64,000 nucleotides of DNA from an uncultured delta proteobacterium. GTDB taxonomy: Bacteria; Myxococcota_A; UBA9160; UBA4427. Each line of letters begins with the position of its first letter. Position 1 is the first letter of the stretch. The DNA lies in assembly GCA_963822965.1 (NCBI GenBank), contig CAWGJT010000010.1:224001-288000 (forward strand), given 5' to 3'. This document shows positions 48,276 through 60,421 of this stretch, one piece after another. The position numbers and the translations under genes were made by a program. Under the pieces are notes generated by a model. The model was not told the DNA's origin. It saw only the letters and a list, made by a program, of their open reading frames with translations, and made no database searches.

Positions 48276-49517
48276 TCAGGCCGCGTCCCCGAGCGCTCGA
48301 GCGCCCGCGTCCCCGGGCTCCAGCGACTCGGCTCGCGCGGCGAACAGCAGGCCCGGCTGGACGTCGTCGCCGTCCTCGCCGAGTCGCACCAGCAGCGAGG
48401 GCTGCGTCGCTCGAAGGGCCGCATCCCAGCCGCCGGGAGGCGCGTCGAGGCGGAAGACGAAGCCGCACCGCGTGCCCGGGGCGAGGCCGAGGGCGGACCG
48501 CACCGCCGGCAGGCAGCGGCGAACGAGACCGACGACGACGGTCCCCATGGTGAAGCGCGCGTTGACCTCGACGACCGGACGCAGCACCGCCCTGCGATCC
48601 CCGGCGCCCTCGTCGGGCTCGATCCGGAAGGTCAGGGCGTCGACGCCGGCGACCCCGTGGAATCCCACCGCCGCCGCCGCGACCGCCACCTGCACCGCCG
48701 CCACCCGCAGGTCCTCGTCCTGCGCGTGGCCCGAGAAGACCCGACCGCGCGCGTCCACCTCGCCGCGGTGACCCTGGTAGCCGCCGCCGGCGGTCGCCTC
48801 GAGCCGCAGACTGCCGAGCACCGTCACGGGCTGCCCGACCTCCACCCGAAGCTGCACGGAGAGGTCGTCCCGGCGGTCCAGCCAGGGCTCCAGAACCGCG
48901 CCGCCCCGGGCGGCCAGGGCGGCCGACGCGCGCCGGAGGAGCGTCTCGTCGAAGTCGCCGTCGCGCGCGTCGAAGCGGCCCCGGCCGCTGGTGCCGAAGC
49001 GGGGCTTCAGGGTGAAGCGACCGCGCGTCCACGCGGGCCAGGCGTCGACTCGGCGCCGCAGGTCGGACACGAAACGGTCGGTGTCCCGCAGCTCGTCGGC
49101 CTCGTAGCGGCAGGCCAGGTCCCGCAGCTCGCGGGGCACGAGCCCCTCCGCCTCCGCACACGCCAGCGCGAACGCCTTGTCGTGCACGGCTTCGATCACC
49201 TCGGCCGGCGGACCGGGAAACGGAAGCCCCTGCGCGGCCGGATCGCTCCGCGCGCGACGGTCCGCCCACCAGGGCACGCAGCCCCGGAGCTCGTCCAGGA
49301 ACGCGAAGGCCGGGTGGGTGCGCGCCTCGGCGAATGCGTCGGGCCAGCGGTCCCAGGGCACCGCCGGCGCGCCGCCGTCCGCCACCCGCGCGGAGTCGTC
49401 GAAGAGCAGACGCCAGAGGCGGGCCGCCGCGGCGACGCGGGGCTCGCGCAGCTGCCGCCGCCAGTCCCCCCCTTCCTCGCCGCCGAGATTCGGCAGCAGC
49501 AGGGGGCCCGTGCTCAC
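48276..49517 (-). CDS. ATP-grasp fold protein of unknown function
   Basis: HDKAF, LKPRFGTSGRG, VLEPW, GYQG, GVAGVDAL and EVNARFTMG; GTG at 49517 overlaps the upstream TGA. Confidence 0.8.
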   Translation of the reverse strand: MSTGPLLLPNLGGEEGGDWRRQLREPRVAAAARLWRLLFDDSARVADGGAPAVPWDRWPDAFAEARTHPAFAFLDELRGCVPWWADRRARSDPAAQGLPFPGPPAEVIEAVHDKAFALACAEAEGLVPRELRDLACRYEADELRDTDRFVSDLRRRVDAWPAWTRGRFTLKPRFGTSGRGRFDARDGDFDETLLRRASAALAARGGAVLEPWLDRRDDLSVQLRVEVGQPVTVLGSLRLEATAGGGYQGHRGEVDARGRVFSGHAQDEDLRVAAVQVAVAAAAVGFHGVAGVDALTFRIEPDEGAGDRRAVLRPVVEVNARFTMGTVVVGLVRRCLPAVRSALGLAPGTRCGFVFRLDAPPGGWDAALRATQPSLLVRLGEDGDDVQPGLLFAARAESLEPGDAGARALGDAA

Positions 49518-50401
49518 GCGTCGGGACCGGAGGGCTTCGCGCCGGCCACCGGGCGCCGCGCTCGGTCCCGAAGCTCCTGGGGAGAGCGCGCCCGTTGCAC
49601 GTAGTCGATGAACGCGGACGACAGTCCGGCCTCTCGTCGCGCCCCCGCGTCGAAGCGGCGGCCCTTGGCGCGAGCCGCCGACAACGGGAAGGGCACGCTT
49701 CGCTCGTAGAGCATCACGTCGGTGGCCGGCGGCTGGCCTGCCGTCGCCGGCGACAGCTCGCGCAGGGCCGCGGCGGCGAAGCGCACGTGCCCGATCTCGT
49801 CTCGGTGGACGCGCTCGCACACCCGGGCGCTCTCCTCGTCGCCCGCCCGACGGAAGGCGTCGCGGTAGAGGGGCGAGAAGTCCAGGTTGCCCTGCTCGAA
49901 GGTGAGGCCCACGGCGGCGAAGAAGGCGGCCGGTCCCGCGCTGGATGCGGCGATGGCCGGGACGTGCTTCCAGAAGTAGTCCGAGAGCACGTGGTCCTGC
50001 AGGCGGGCGCCGTGGGCCGCCAGGCGTTCGAGGTAGAGCCGACAGTGGATCTGCTCGTCGGCGAGGACACCCAGCAGGCCGCGCCGTAGGCGTGGCGACA
50101 AGGCCGGCCAGCGCACCAGCGCCCAGGCGAAGAGCTCGACGGCCATCAGCTCGTGGTGGGCGAACCGCGCCAGACAGATGGCGCGGGCCTCGGGATCCAC
50201 GAGATCGGCGGGCCGCGGAAGGCGCGGGACCCGGCCGCGCATGGCGAGATCCGGGTTCCGGGCCGGGCGATCGGGCGGGCGGGCGCCGGAGGGCGGCTCC
50301 GCGCCCGCGCCCGCGAAGAGCTCGGCCGGCGGCGGGGCGAGCTTGGTCGCGAGATCGCCCCGCTCGAGGATGTTCCGGCAGAACGACTGCATGGCCGCCA
50401 A
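49514..50401 (-). CDS. DUF455-like ferritin-fold di-iron protein
   Basis: PDRPAR, FAHHELMAVEL, DEQIH, FEQGNLD and DEIGHV. Confidence 0.85.
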   Translation of the reverse strand: MAAMQSFCRNILERGDLATKLAPPPAELFAGAGAEPPSGARPPDRPARNPDLAMRGRVPRLPRPADLVDPEARAICLARFAHHELMAVELFAWALVRWPALSPRLRRGLLGVLADEQIHCRLYLERLAAHGARLQDHVLSDYFWKHVPAIAASSAGPAAFFAAVGLTFEQGNLDFSPLYRDAFRRAGDEESARVCERVHRDEIGHVRFAAAALRELSPATAGQPPATDVMLYERSVPFPLSAARAKGRRFDAGARREAGLSSAFIDYVQRARSPQELRDRARRPVAGAKPSGPDA

Positions 50402-50476
50402 GCATCGGGGATCCCGCGTGTCCCGGCCAGCAGCCCCACTGCGAAACTCTTCGCGGCGTCCCGCCGGGCGACGTCC

Positions 50477-51256
50477 TTAGCGGCGGCGGGCCCGCAGCAG
50501 GCCGCAGGGGATGCTCACCGACGCCACGGCGCCGGGCCCGGCCACGATCTCGAACTCGCGTCGGAGATCGGCGTGCGCGTTCTCGAACAGGAAGCGCAGG
50601 TGCGCCACCGCGGTGGGCGGCGTGCCGATGCGGGCGACCCAGCCGTCGAAGTCCTGTTCCAGCGGGAAGCGTCCCAGTACCTCGGAATCGAAGCCGGCTT
50701 CGTCGAGGATCCGCTGCCACTGGGAGCGCGAGTAGTTGCGGACGTGGGAAGGGTCGCGCAGCAGCTCGAACGCGTTGAAGAAGGTGTCGGCGGAGGCGTC
50801 CTCGGGCGCCATCGAGTCGACCAGCAGCAGGCGGCCTCCCGGCTTCAGGACCCGCGCCGCCTCCCGGGCGAAGAGCACCACGTCCTGGAAGTGGTGCGCG
50901 CACAGCCGCGAGGTCACGAAGTCGAACGAGGCATCGGGGTAGGGCAGAGCCTCGGCGTCGCCCAGCTGGCAGTGGATGTTCGCGAGACCGCGCTCCCGCG
51001 CACCGCGCGCCACCTGGTCGAGCATCTCCTGGGTCAGGTCGAGCGCCTCGACCTGCGCGATGCGGCGGGCGAAGGCGAACGCGGTGTGTCCGGCGCCGGT
51101 CCCCACGTCCAGCAGGCGACCGTCGGCCCGTTCCGGGGCCAGGCCGGAGGCGGCGAGCATCGCCTCGAGGTCGGGTCCTCCCACGTGCACGGTGCTGGTC
51201 GCGTAGCTCGCGGCGGCGGCGCCGAACTGCTGTCGCACGCTGGTCTTGACGTCCAT
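50477..51256 (-). CDS. Class I SAM-dependent methyltransferase
   Basis: QQFG..A..Y, LDVGTGAGH, GDAEALPY, AHHF, VLKPGG and RDPSH. Confidence 0.92.
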   Translation of the reverse strand: MDVKTSVRQQFGAAAASYATSTVHVGGPDLEAMLAASGLAPERADGRLLDVGTGAGHTAFAFARRIAQVEALDLTQEMLDQVARGARERGLANIHCQLGDAEALPYPDASFDFVTSRLCAHHFQDVVLFAREAARVLKPGGRLLLVDSMAPEDASADTFFNAFELLRDPSHVRNYSRSQWQRILDEAGFDSEVLGRFPLEQDFDGWVARIGTPPTAVAHLRFLFENAHADLRREFEIVAGPGAVASVSIPCGLLRARRR

Positions 51257-51331
51257 GGAGGATCTCCGGGGTGGCCCTGGCTCGGTCGGGTCATGCAGAT
51301 CGTCCGCATGTGATATTGTTTCGATCTGCCA

Positions 51332-51353
51332 TTATTTAACATACGTTAAATAA
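51332..51353. promoter_or_regulatory. AT-rich perfect palindrome, probable MarR operator
   Basis: TTATTTAAC-ATAC-GTTAAATAA between the divergent methyltransferase and MarR genes. Confidence 0.75.
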
Positions 51354-51369
51354 AGCGCAACGGAGCTCC

Positions 51370-51834
51370 ATGACCCCGGTCGCGAACGAGAAGCGTCAGG
51401 CCATGTGGGCGGCCATCGAGCAGCTCGGCCGCCTGACGGACCTGACCGAGCGCCGCCGCCAGCAGCTCGCACGGACGGTCGGCCTGACCCCGCCCCAATG
51501 GCGGGTGCTCGAGGAGATCGCCCGCGAGGACTTCATGCCGTCCCTGTTCGCGCGCTCCCAGGCCTGCGCGCCGGCGGCGGTCTCCCGCACCCTTCGGCAG
51601 CTGCTCGATCGCGGCCTGGTGGCGGTGCGGATCGCGCCGGAGGATGCCCGGCGCCGTAGCTATGCGCTGACCGACGAAGGGGCGCGGGTGATCCGGGAGC
51701 TCCGGCGGGCGCGCGAGCGCGCCGTCGAGGCCGTCTGGAGCAGCCTGCCGCGAGCGGATCTGGAGCGATTCGCCGGCTTCTCGAGCGAGCTGGCCGACCG
51801 ACTGGAGGCCTGGGCGGCCCGCGAGACGGGCTGA
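51370..51834 (+). CDS. MarR-family transcriptional regulator
   Basis: GLTPPQWRVL, AAVSRTLRQLLDRGLV and EDARR..YALTDEG. Confidence 0.9.
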   Translation: MTPVANEKRQAMWAAIEQLGRLTDLTERRRQQLARTVGLTPPQWRVLEEIAREDFMPSLFARSQACAPAAVSRTLRQLLDRGLVAVRIAPEDARRRSYALTDEGARVIRELRRARERAVEAVWSSLPRADLERFAGFSSELADRLEAWAARETG

Positions 51835-51855
51835 CCGCGGGGGCGACCCGGCGGG

Positions 51856-51891
51856 TGGAACGTGTTTCATTCGCGACTGAAACGTGTTTCA
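51856..51891. promoter_or_regulatory. Two tandem KstR boxes upstream of kstR
   Basis: TGGAACGTGTTTCA (51856-51869) and TGAAACGTGTTTCA (51878-51891) both fit TnnAACnnGTTnnA. Confidence 0.85.
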
Positions 51892-51922
51892 ATACGGCCC
51901 GGATCGGAATTCCGAGAGACCC

Positions 51923-52552
51923 ATGGAAGAGCGCGCGCGACGCATCGTGGAGACCGCCGTGGAGCTGGCGGAGAAGGGCGGCTTCGAGGCCGTGAGGCTC
52001 CGGGACGTGGCGGCGCACGCCGGCGTGGCGCTCGGGACCCTCTATCGTCGCTTCCGCAGCAAGGAAGACCTGCTGATCGCGGCGCTGGAGCTCGAGACCG
52101 GGGATCTCGAGCGGCGCTTCGCCCAGCGCCCGCCTCGGGGCGGGACGGCCACCGAGCGCGCGGCGGCGTTCTTCGGGATGGCGACGCGCGGCCTGGTGCG
52201 GCGGCCGAACCTGGCGCGCGCGCTGCTCAAGGCCGCCGCCTGCGGCGAGCCGCAGCTCGCGAAGCGCACGGCGGCCTTTCATGGCCGCATGGAGGACATG
52301 GTGGTGGCCGCCATGCGGGGGCCCGACGGCGCCGCGGCCGGGGCCGGCGAGCCGTCCCCCGACGAGCGGTGGCTGGCCCACTCGCTCACCCTGGTGTGGT
52401 TCTCGCTGCTGGTGGGCTGGTCGGGCGGTCTGCACGGCCAGGCGGTGGTGATCGACGAGATGAGTGACTGCGTCGAGCTGATGCTGCTGGGGGTCGCGCA
52501 GCGCCGACGGCAGGGCCAGCAGCCGGAAGAGGAGCGAGGGAAGCTTCGATGA
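51923..52552 (+). CDS. kstR: TetR-family regulator, KstR-like
   Basis: RRIVETAVELAEKGGFEAVRLRDVA..AGVALGTLYRRF.SK resembles the mycobacterial KstR HTH; C-terminal VWFSLLVGW; adjacent boxes and sterol genes. Confidence 0.8.
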   Translation: MEERARRIVETAVELAEKGGFEAVRLRDVAAHAGVALGTLYRRFRSKEDLLIAALELETGDLERRFAQRPPRGGTATERAAAFFGMATRGLVRRPNLARALLKAAACGEPQLAKRTAAFHGRMEDMVVAAMRGPDGAAAGAGEPSPDERWLAHSLTLVWFSLLVGWSGGLHGQAVVIDEMSDCVELMLLGVAQRRRQGQQPEEERGKLR

Positions 52553-52589
52553 GCGGGACGAAACGCCGCGGGCGCGTCGGGCTCGGCGC

Positions 52590-53601
52590 ATGAGCGTCCA
52601 GGGTCGGGAGCGCGAGGCGCTCGAGAAGAAGATCCAGGGCTTCGTCGGGCTGGAGATCGGTGCGCCGGACGTGGCGAAGGACGCCGTCAACGAGGCGATG
52701 ATCCGCCACTGGTGCGACGCCATGGGCGACGCCAATCCGATCTACACGGACGCCGAGGCCGCAGCCCGGAGCGTCCACGGCGGGCTCGTCGCGCCGCCCA
52801 CCATGATGCAGGCCTGGATCCTCCACGGCCTCGACATGGCGCTCGGCTGAGGACGACCCGAACGACAAGCAGAAGGTGCTGCACCGCATCCTGAGCGAAG
52901 CCGGCTACACCGGGCGTGGTCGCGACGGACTGCGAGCAGGAGTACCACCGCTACCTGCGTCCGGGAGACCGCGTCACCGGGGTGACGGTCATCGAGTCGA
53001 TCTCCGAGCAGAAGGCCACGGCGCTCGGGCATCGGCTACTTCATCGACACGCGCACCACCTTCCGCGACCAGGACGGTCGGGAGGTGGGCTGGATGATCT
53101 TCCGCGTGCTCAAGTACGCCCCTGCGGAGCAGGCGCAGCCGGCCGAACCGGCGGCCGCCGGCGCCGCCCCGGCCGCCCCGCGCCGCCTGCGGCCCGCCCT
53201 GGGCCACGACAACGCCTGGTGGTGGGACGGCGTCGCCCGTGGCGAGATCCTGATCCAGCGCTGCGCGGCTGCGGAGAGCTGCGCCATCCGCCGCGCCCCA
53301 TGTGCCCGAACTGCCAGAGCACGTCATGGGACTTCGTGGCCAGCGCCGGAGCGGGCACCGTGCTACAGCTACGTGGTGATCCACTACCCCGAGGTGCCGG
53401 GCTACGAGTATCCCCTGGTGGTCGCCGTGGTGGACCTCGAGGAGGGCACGCGGCTGGTGGCGAACGTCGATGGGCTGCGCGCCCGACGACGTCCACATCG
53501 GCATGGCCGTGCAGGCCTTCGTCGAGGACGTCGACGACGAGCTGAAGCTGCCGATCTTCCGCCCGGCGGGCGATCCGGACGCGAGGAGCAAGGCGCGATG
53601 A
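52590..53601 (+). CDS. chsH2: MaoC dehydratase + DUF35 Zn-ribbon/OB-fold protein (ChsH2-like), broken by about 6 single-base indels
   Basis: VNEAMIRHWCDAMGDANPIY, APPTMMQAW, VATDCEQEYHRYLRPG, KATALG.GYF, FRVLKY, QRC..CG.LRHPPRPMCP.C and DLEEGTR spread over several frames. Confidence 0.8.
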
Positions 53602-54030
53602 GCGATTCCCATCCCTCCCCGCGGCTCTCGGACGTGAAGGTCGGCGATGCGCTGCCGGAGCTGTCGATTCCCGCTCTCGGCCTCGCTGATCGTCGCCGGC
53701 GCCCTGGCGTCGCGCGACTACACCCCGGTGCATCACGACAAGGCGGCCGCCCAGGCCACCGGCATGCAGGACGTGTTCATGAACATCCTCACCACCAACG
53801 GCTTCGTGGGCCGCTACGTGACGGACTGGGCCGGACCCGACGCGGTGATCCGGCGGGTGGCGATCCGTCTCGGCACGCCCAACCTGCCCGGCGACACCAT
53901 GAAGATGACCGGGACGGTGGCGGAGAAGGACGAGGCGAGCGGCGTCGTCGTCCTGGAAGTGGTCGGCCGGAACGCCTGGGGCCACCACGTCACCGGCAAG
54001 GTGACGGTCGCCCTGCCGGTGGGAGCCTGA
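53598..54030 (+). CDS. chsH1: MaoC-family dehydratase (ChsH1-like), one indel near 53670
   Basis: VKVGDALPEL then IVAGALASRDYTPVHHD, DVFMNILTTNG, YVTDWAGP and PNLPGD; ATGA overlap with the upstream gene. Confidence 0.85.
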
Positions 54031-54033
54031 GCC

Positions 54034-56402
<2,369 letters not shown>

Positions 56403-56438
56403 GCCGGCGCGGCGGCTCGAGCGACGGAGACAGCGAAA

Positions 56439-57353
56439 ATGTCGGTATTGGAAGGCAAGGTTGCGGTCGTGACGGGCGCGGCCAACGGGCTCGGACGTGC
56501 GGAGGCGATCTACCTGGCGAGCCAGGGCGCGCGCGTGGTCGTCAGCGACATCGGCGCCAATCGCGACGGCGCCGGCCGCACCGCCGACGCCGCCCAGGCC
56601 GTCGTCGACCAGATCGTGAAGGACGGCGGCGAGGCGGTGGCCCACTGCGGCGACGTCGCGGACTGGAACGACTCGAAGGCCATGATCCAGAAGGCCCTCG
56701 ACACCTGGGGCGACCTGCACATCCTGGTGAACAACGCGGGCTTCCTGCGGGACAAGACCGTCTTCGGGATGACCGAGGAGGACTGGGACGCGGTCATCCG
56801 CGTGCACCTCAAGGGCCACTTCTGCGGCATCCGCCACGCCACCGAGTACTGGCGCAACCAGTCGAAGGCGAAGGGCGAGCCCGTCTACGGCCGCATCGTC
56901 AGCACCGCCTCGGAGGCGGCGCTCTTCTCGCCCATCGGACAGCCCAACTACGCGGCGGCCAAGAGCGGCATCATCGCGCTGACGAACTCGGCCGCCCAGG
57001 CGTGTGTGCGCTACGGGGTCACCGCGAACACGATCATGCCGCGGGCGCGCACGCGGATGGTCGCCGTGGGCGCCCTGGAGGCGGCGTTCGCGAAGCCGGA
57101 GGAGGGCTTCGACACCTTCTCGCCCGACAACGTGACGCCCCTCGTGGGCTACCTCGCCTCGCCGGATGCGGCGAGCATCTCCGGCAACGTCTTCATCATC
57201 TGGGGACAGTCGGTCACCGTGGTGCAGGCGCCGTCGACGGACGTCTCCTACCAGACCGAGGGGAGCTGGTCCCACGAGAGCATCGGGGGCGCCCTCGCGA
57301 AGCACTTCGACGGCAAGCCCGTCCTCGAGGAGACCTTCTACAACAAGCCGTAG
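56439..57353 (+). CDS. hsd4A: 3-hydroxyacyl-CoA/hydroxysteroid dehydrogenase SDR (Hsd4A/ChsB1-like)
   Basis: GKVAVVTGAANGLGRAEA, WDAVIRVHLKGHF, YWR..K...VYGRIV, GQPNYAAAK and PRART. Confidence 0.75.
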   Translation: MSVLEGKVAVVTGAANGLGRAEAIYLASQGARVVVSDIGANRDGAGRTADAAQAVVDQIVKDGGEAVAHCGDVADWNDSKAMIQKALDTWGDLHILVNNAGFLRDKTVFGMTEEDWDAVIRVHLKGHFCGIRHATEYWRNQSKAKGEPVYGRIVSTASEAALFSPIGQPNYAAAKSGIIALTNSAAQACVRYGVTANTIMPRARTRMVAVGALEAAFAKPEEGFDTFSPDNVTPLVGYLASPDAASISGNVFIIWGQSVTVVQAPSTDVSYQTEGSWSHESIGGALAKHFDGKPVLEETFYNKP

Positions 57354-57393
57354 GAGCCCGCGCCGGACGAGCAGGAGCCCGCGCCGGACGAGC
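57352..57393. repeat. 21-bp tandem duplication starting in the stop codon
   Basis: AGGAGCCCGCGCCGGACGAGC, 2 copies. Confidence 0.9.
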
Positions 57394-57431
57394 GGGAACG
57401 GCCGAAGCGTGAGCCGGGCCGCGGGCCCGCC

Positions 57432-58574
57432 TCACGCCGGCGTCGGGATCCCCCGCGCGGCGATCCGGCTTCCCAGCCGCTGCAGCTGCTCCGACGCGCA
57501 GCCCAGGCTGTGCTCGATCTGGCTCGACCAGATGAAGTAGCGGTGCAGCGGGTAGTCGACGTCGATGCCGATCCCGCCGTGCAGGTGCTGGCACGCGTAG
57601 GCGTTGAACTGACCGCCCTCGGACGCCCAGTACTTGGCGACGGCGACGGCGTCGTCCACGTGGGGGCCCGACTCGTCGCCGGCGAGCAGGAGCGCCGCTT
57701 CGAGGAACGTGAGACGGACGGCTTCCATCTGGATGAAGGCGTCTCCCGCTCGCTGGTGTACGGCCTGGAAGCTGCCGATGGGGCGATCGAACTGCACCCG
57801 CTCCCGGGCGTACTGGGCGGTCATCTCGAGCGCGCGCTCTCCGACGCCGAGCTGCAGCGCGCAGAGGCCGACGGTGGCGCGGTCGGCGAGCCACCGGAGC
57901 GCGGCGGTGCCTTTGCCGCTTGCGGCAAGGCGGTCCGTGCCGGGGACGAGGGCGTCCTCGAGGACGAGATGCGCGTAGGGCTGCCGGTCGGTCGCCGTCT
58001 GGGCCACGACGCGGACGCCCGGTGCCTTCGGGTCCAGCAGGAAGAGGGCGACGTCGTCCCCCAGCCGCGCCGGCACCACGATGCGCTCGGCCAGGGTCCC
58101 CGCCGGCACGACGCTCTTCTCGCCGCGCAGGCGGAAGCCGTCGCCGTCGGCCGTGGCGACGGTCCGTACGTCGGTGACGTCGGCCGCCTCGAGCTCCACG
58201 AGGGCGCCGCTCAGCACGACCTCGCCCGCGGCCACGCGGGGCAGCCAGGCCCGCTTCTGCTCGTCGCTGCCGAAGGCCGCGATGGGAAGGGCGCCGAGCA
58301 GCGCCGTGGCGTAGACGGGAACCGGAGCCACGGCGCGCCCGATCTCCTGCAGCAGCAGACAGAGCTCGAAGAAGCCGAACCCGCTTCCCCCGTAGGCCTC
58401 GTCGACGGCGATCCCCAGCAGGTTCGAGTGCGAGAGCTCGCCCCACAGATCCTCGTCGAACACCGGGCTCTTCGCCTCGATGTCCTTCAGCCGTTCGTTG
58501 GTGGCGAGGTCGCCCAGGATCTTGCGGGCCAGCTCGCGAAGCTCGTTCTGTTCGTCGGAAAAGGAGAAGTCCAT
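57432..58574 (-). CDS. fadE27: Acyl-CoA dehydrogenase subunit, FadE27/ChsE5-like
   Basis: MDFSFS, QLGV.ERALEMTAQYARERVQFDRPIGSFQAV and HLHGGIGIDVDYPLHRYF; follows fadE26. Confidence 0.8.
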   Translation of the reverse strand: MDFSFSDEQNELRELARKILGDLATNERLKDIEAKSPVFDEDLWGELSHSNLLGIAVDEAYGGSGFGFFELCLLLQEIGRAVAPVPVYATALLGALPIAAFGSDEQKRAWLPRVAAGEVVLSGALVELEAADVTDVRTVATADGDGFRLRGEKSVVPAGTLAERIVVPARLGDDVALFLLDPKAPGVRVVAQTATDRQPYAHLVLEDALVPGTDRLAASGKGTAALRWLADRATVGLCALQLGVGERALEMTAQYARERVQFDRPIGSFQAVHQRAGDAFIQMEAVRLTFLEAALLLAGDESGPHVDDAVAVAKYWASEGGQFNAYACQHLHGGIGIDVDYPLHRYFIWSSQIEHSLGCASEQLQRLGSRIAARGIPTPA

Positions 58575-58644
58575 GCCAGGCCTCGTGTTCTCGGAGCGGC
58601 GCTCCGGAGGAGGGGGATCGCGGCGCTCGTCTCGCGCCGTTGGA

Positions 58645-59823
58645 TCAGCCCGTCTTGTAGTGCGGCAGCCCGAGTCCGGCCATCGCGATGATGTCGCGCT
58701 GCACCTCGTTGGTGCCGCCGCCGAACGTGAGGATCAGCGCGTTGCGGTAGCTGCGGTCCACGCGTCCCTTGAGGACCGCCCCGGGCGAATCGTCGAGCAG
58801 GCTCGCCCGGGCGCCGAGCACTTCGAGCAGCGTGCGGTAGCCCTCGATGTAGAACTCGCTGCCGAAGACCTTGATGCACGACGAGTCGGCGGGATGCAGC
58901 TGGCCCTGGGTCGACGCCCAGGCCTGCTTCCAGTTCATGAGCCGCAGCACGGCGAGCTTCGAGAAGACCCGCGCGAGGTTGCTCTGCACCCACGGCAGGT
59001 CGATGACCTTGCCGTCGCCGAGCCGGGTCGTGCGCGCCCACTGGCTCACCTCGGTGAGGAGCCGGTGAAGGGGCCCCACGTTCATGAGCGAGACGCGCTC
59101 GTGGTTCAGCTGCCCGGTGATCAGCGACCAGCCGTTGTTCTCGCCGCCGATCAGGGCGTCGAGGGGAACCCGCACGTCGTCGTAGAAGGTGGCGTTCGTT
59201 CGTACGCCGCCCACGGTGGTGATGGGTGAGATCTTGAAGCCCGGCGCGGTGACCGGCACGAGGAACATGGAGATGCCCTTGTGCTTCTTCGTGTGGGGGT
59301 CCGTCCGAGCGGCCAGCCAGATGTAGTCGGCGTAGTCGGCGAGACTCGTCCACATCTTCTGGCCGTTGATGACCCACTCGTCGTCGATCCGCACGGCGCT
59401 GGTCTTCAGGCCCGCGAGGTCGGTGCCGGCCCCGGGCTCGGAGTAGCCGATGGCGAAGTGCAGCTCGCCGGCGAGGATCTTCGGCAGGAAGAAGCGCTTC
59501 TGCGCCTCGTTCCCGAAGCGCATGATGGTGGGACCCACGGTGCCCAGGGTGAGGAAGGGCAGGGGGAAGCCCGCCCGCTGCACCTCGTCGGCGAAGAGGT
59601 ACTGGTCGATCAGGGAGCGGCCCTGGCCGCCGTACTCCTTGGGCCACCCGACGCCGAGCAGGCCGTCCGAGCCCATCTGCCGGAGGGCCTTGCGGTAGCG
59701 GGGGCCGCCTCCCTCCCCACCGCTCTGCAGCTCCTGGGCGAGCTCGTCGGTCATCATCTCGTCGAAGTAGGCGCGGATCTCCTGCTGGAACTTCTTCTGC
59801 TCGGGGGTGAAGTGGAGGTGCAT
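58645..59823 (-). CDS. fadE26: Acyl-CoA dehydrogenase subunit, FadE26/ChsE4-like
   Basis: GWPKEYGGQGRS, PFLT, HFAIGYSEPGAGTDLA, NGQKMWTSL, KKHKGIS, QLNHERV and LILTFGGGTNEVQRDII. Confidence 0.88.
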   Translation of the reverse strand: MHLHFTPEQKKFQQEIRAYFDEMMTDELAQELQSGGEGGGPRYRKALRQMGSDGLLGVGWPKEYGGQGRSLIDQYLFADEVQRAGFPLPFLTLGTVGPTIMRFGNEAQKRFFLPKILAGELHFAIGYSEPGAGTDLAGLKTSAVRIDDEWVINGQKMWTSLADYADYIWLAARTDPHTKKHKGISMFLVPVTAPGFKISPITTVGGVRTNATFYDDVRVPLDALIGGENNGWSLITGQLNHERVSLMNVGPLHRLLTEVSQWARTTRLGDGKVIDLPWVQSNLARVFSKLAVLRLMNWKQAWASTQGQLHPADSSCIKVFGSEFYIEGYRTLLEVLGARASLLDDSPGAVLKGRVDRSYRNALILTFGGGTNEVQRDIIAMAGLGLPHYKTG

Positions 59824-59883
59824 GGTTCGCTCCGTCGCGGCAGGCGTGATCCGCGCGAGCGGGGCACGGCGGGTCAGGCGGAT

Positions 59884-59897
59884 TGGAACACGTTCTA
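59884..59897. promoter_or_regulatory. KstR box between divergent fadE26 and fdxD
   Basis: TGGAACACGTTCTA fits TnnAACnnGTTnnA. Confidence 0.85.
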
Positions 59898-60021
59898 GCC
59901 GGGCCCATTCTGCCGCGCCGGGGGGTAGGTGTCCACTGAACGGCCTTCGACGCGAGGCGACCTGCGGACGGATGCGATAACGTCGCCAGCAACGAGCAGA
60001 CGAGCGGGGCGACCCGCTGGC

Positions 60022-60061
60022 GACCCGCAGACACGCAGATCCGCAGACCCGCAGACCCGCA
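60022..60061. repeat. 8-bp tandem repeat GACCCGCA, 5 copies (2 variant)
   Basis: GACCCGCA GACACGCA GATCCGCA GACCCGCA GACCCGCA upstream of the ferredoxin RBS. Confidence 0.85.
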
Positions 60062-60093
60062 AAGGGACGAGGACGAGGAGAGAGGAAGGGCTG

Positions 60094-60282
60094 ATGAAGA
60101 TCGTCGTCGACTACGACTTGTGTGAGGCGAACGCCCTGTGCATGGAGGCCGCGCCCGAGGTCTTTCGCGTCGAGGAAGACGACACCCTCACCGTGCTGAT
60201 CGAAGAGCCGGGAGAGGAGCTGCGGGCCAAGGTGGAAGAGGCGGCACGGCTCTGCCCCCGCCAGGCCATCACCATCGCCTGA
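60094..60282 (+). CDS. fdxD: Small [3Fe-4S]-type ferredoxin (FdxD-like)
   Basis: MKIVVDYDLCEANALC...APEVF...CPRQAI (CxxNxxC...CP); divergent from fadE26. Confidence 0.85.
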   Translation: MKIVVDYDLCEANALCMEAAPEVFRVEEDDTLTVLIEEPGEELRAKVEEAARLCPRQAITIA

Positions 60283-60339
60283 GCTTGCGGCGCCGCCTGA
60301 GCTTGCGGCGCCGCCTGAGCCTGCGGCGCTCGCCTGAGC
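60276..60339. repeat. 18-bp tandem repeat containing the ferredoxin stop codon, about 3.5 copies
   Basis: CGCCTGAGCTTGCGGCGC units starting at 60276, 60294, 60312 and a partial at 60331. Confidence 0.9.
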
Positions 60340-60421
60340 GTCCGGCTGCGTCCTCCGGGCCCCGGGTCCGGGTCGTTGCGCCGCCGCCTTTCCGGGGCGC
60401 GCCCGGGCCGTGCGGACCCGC

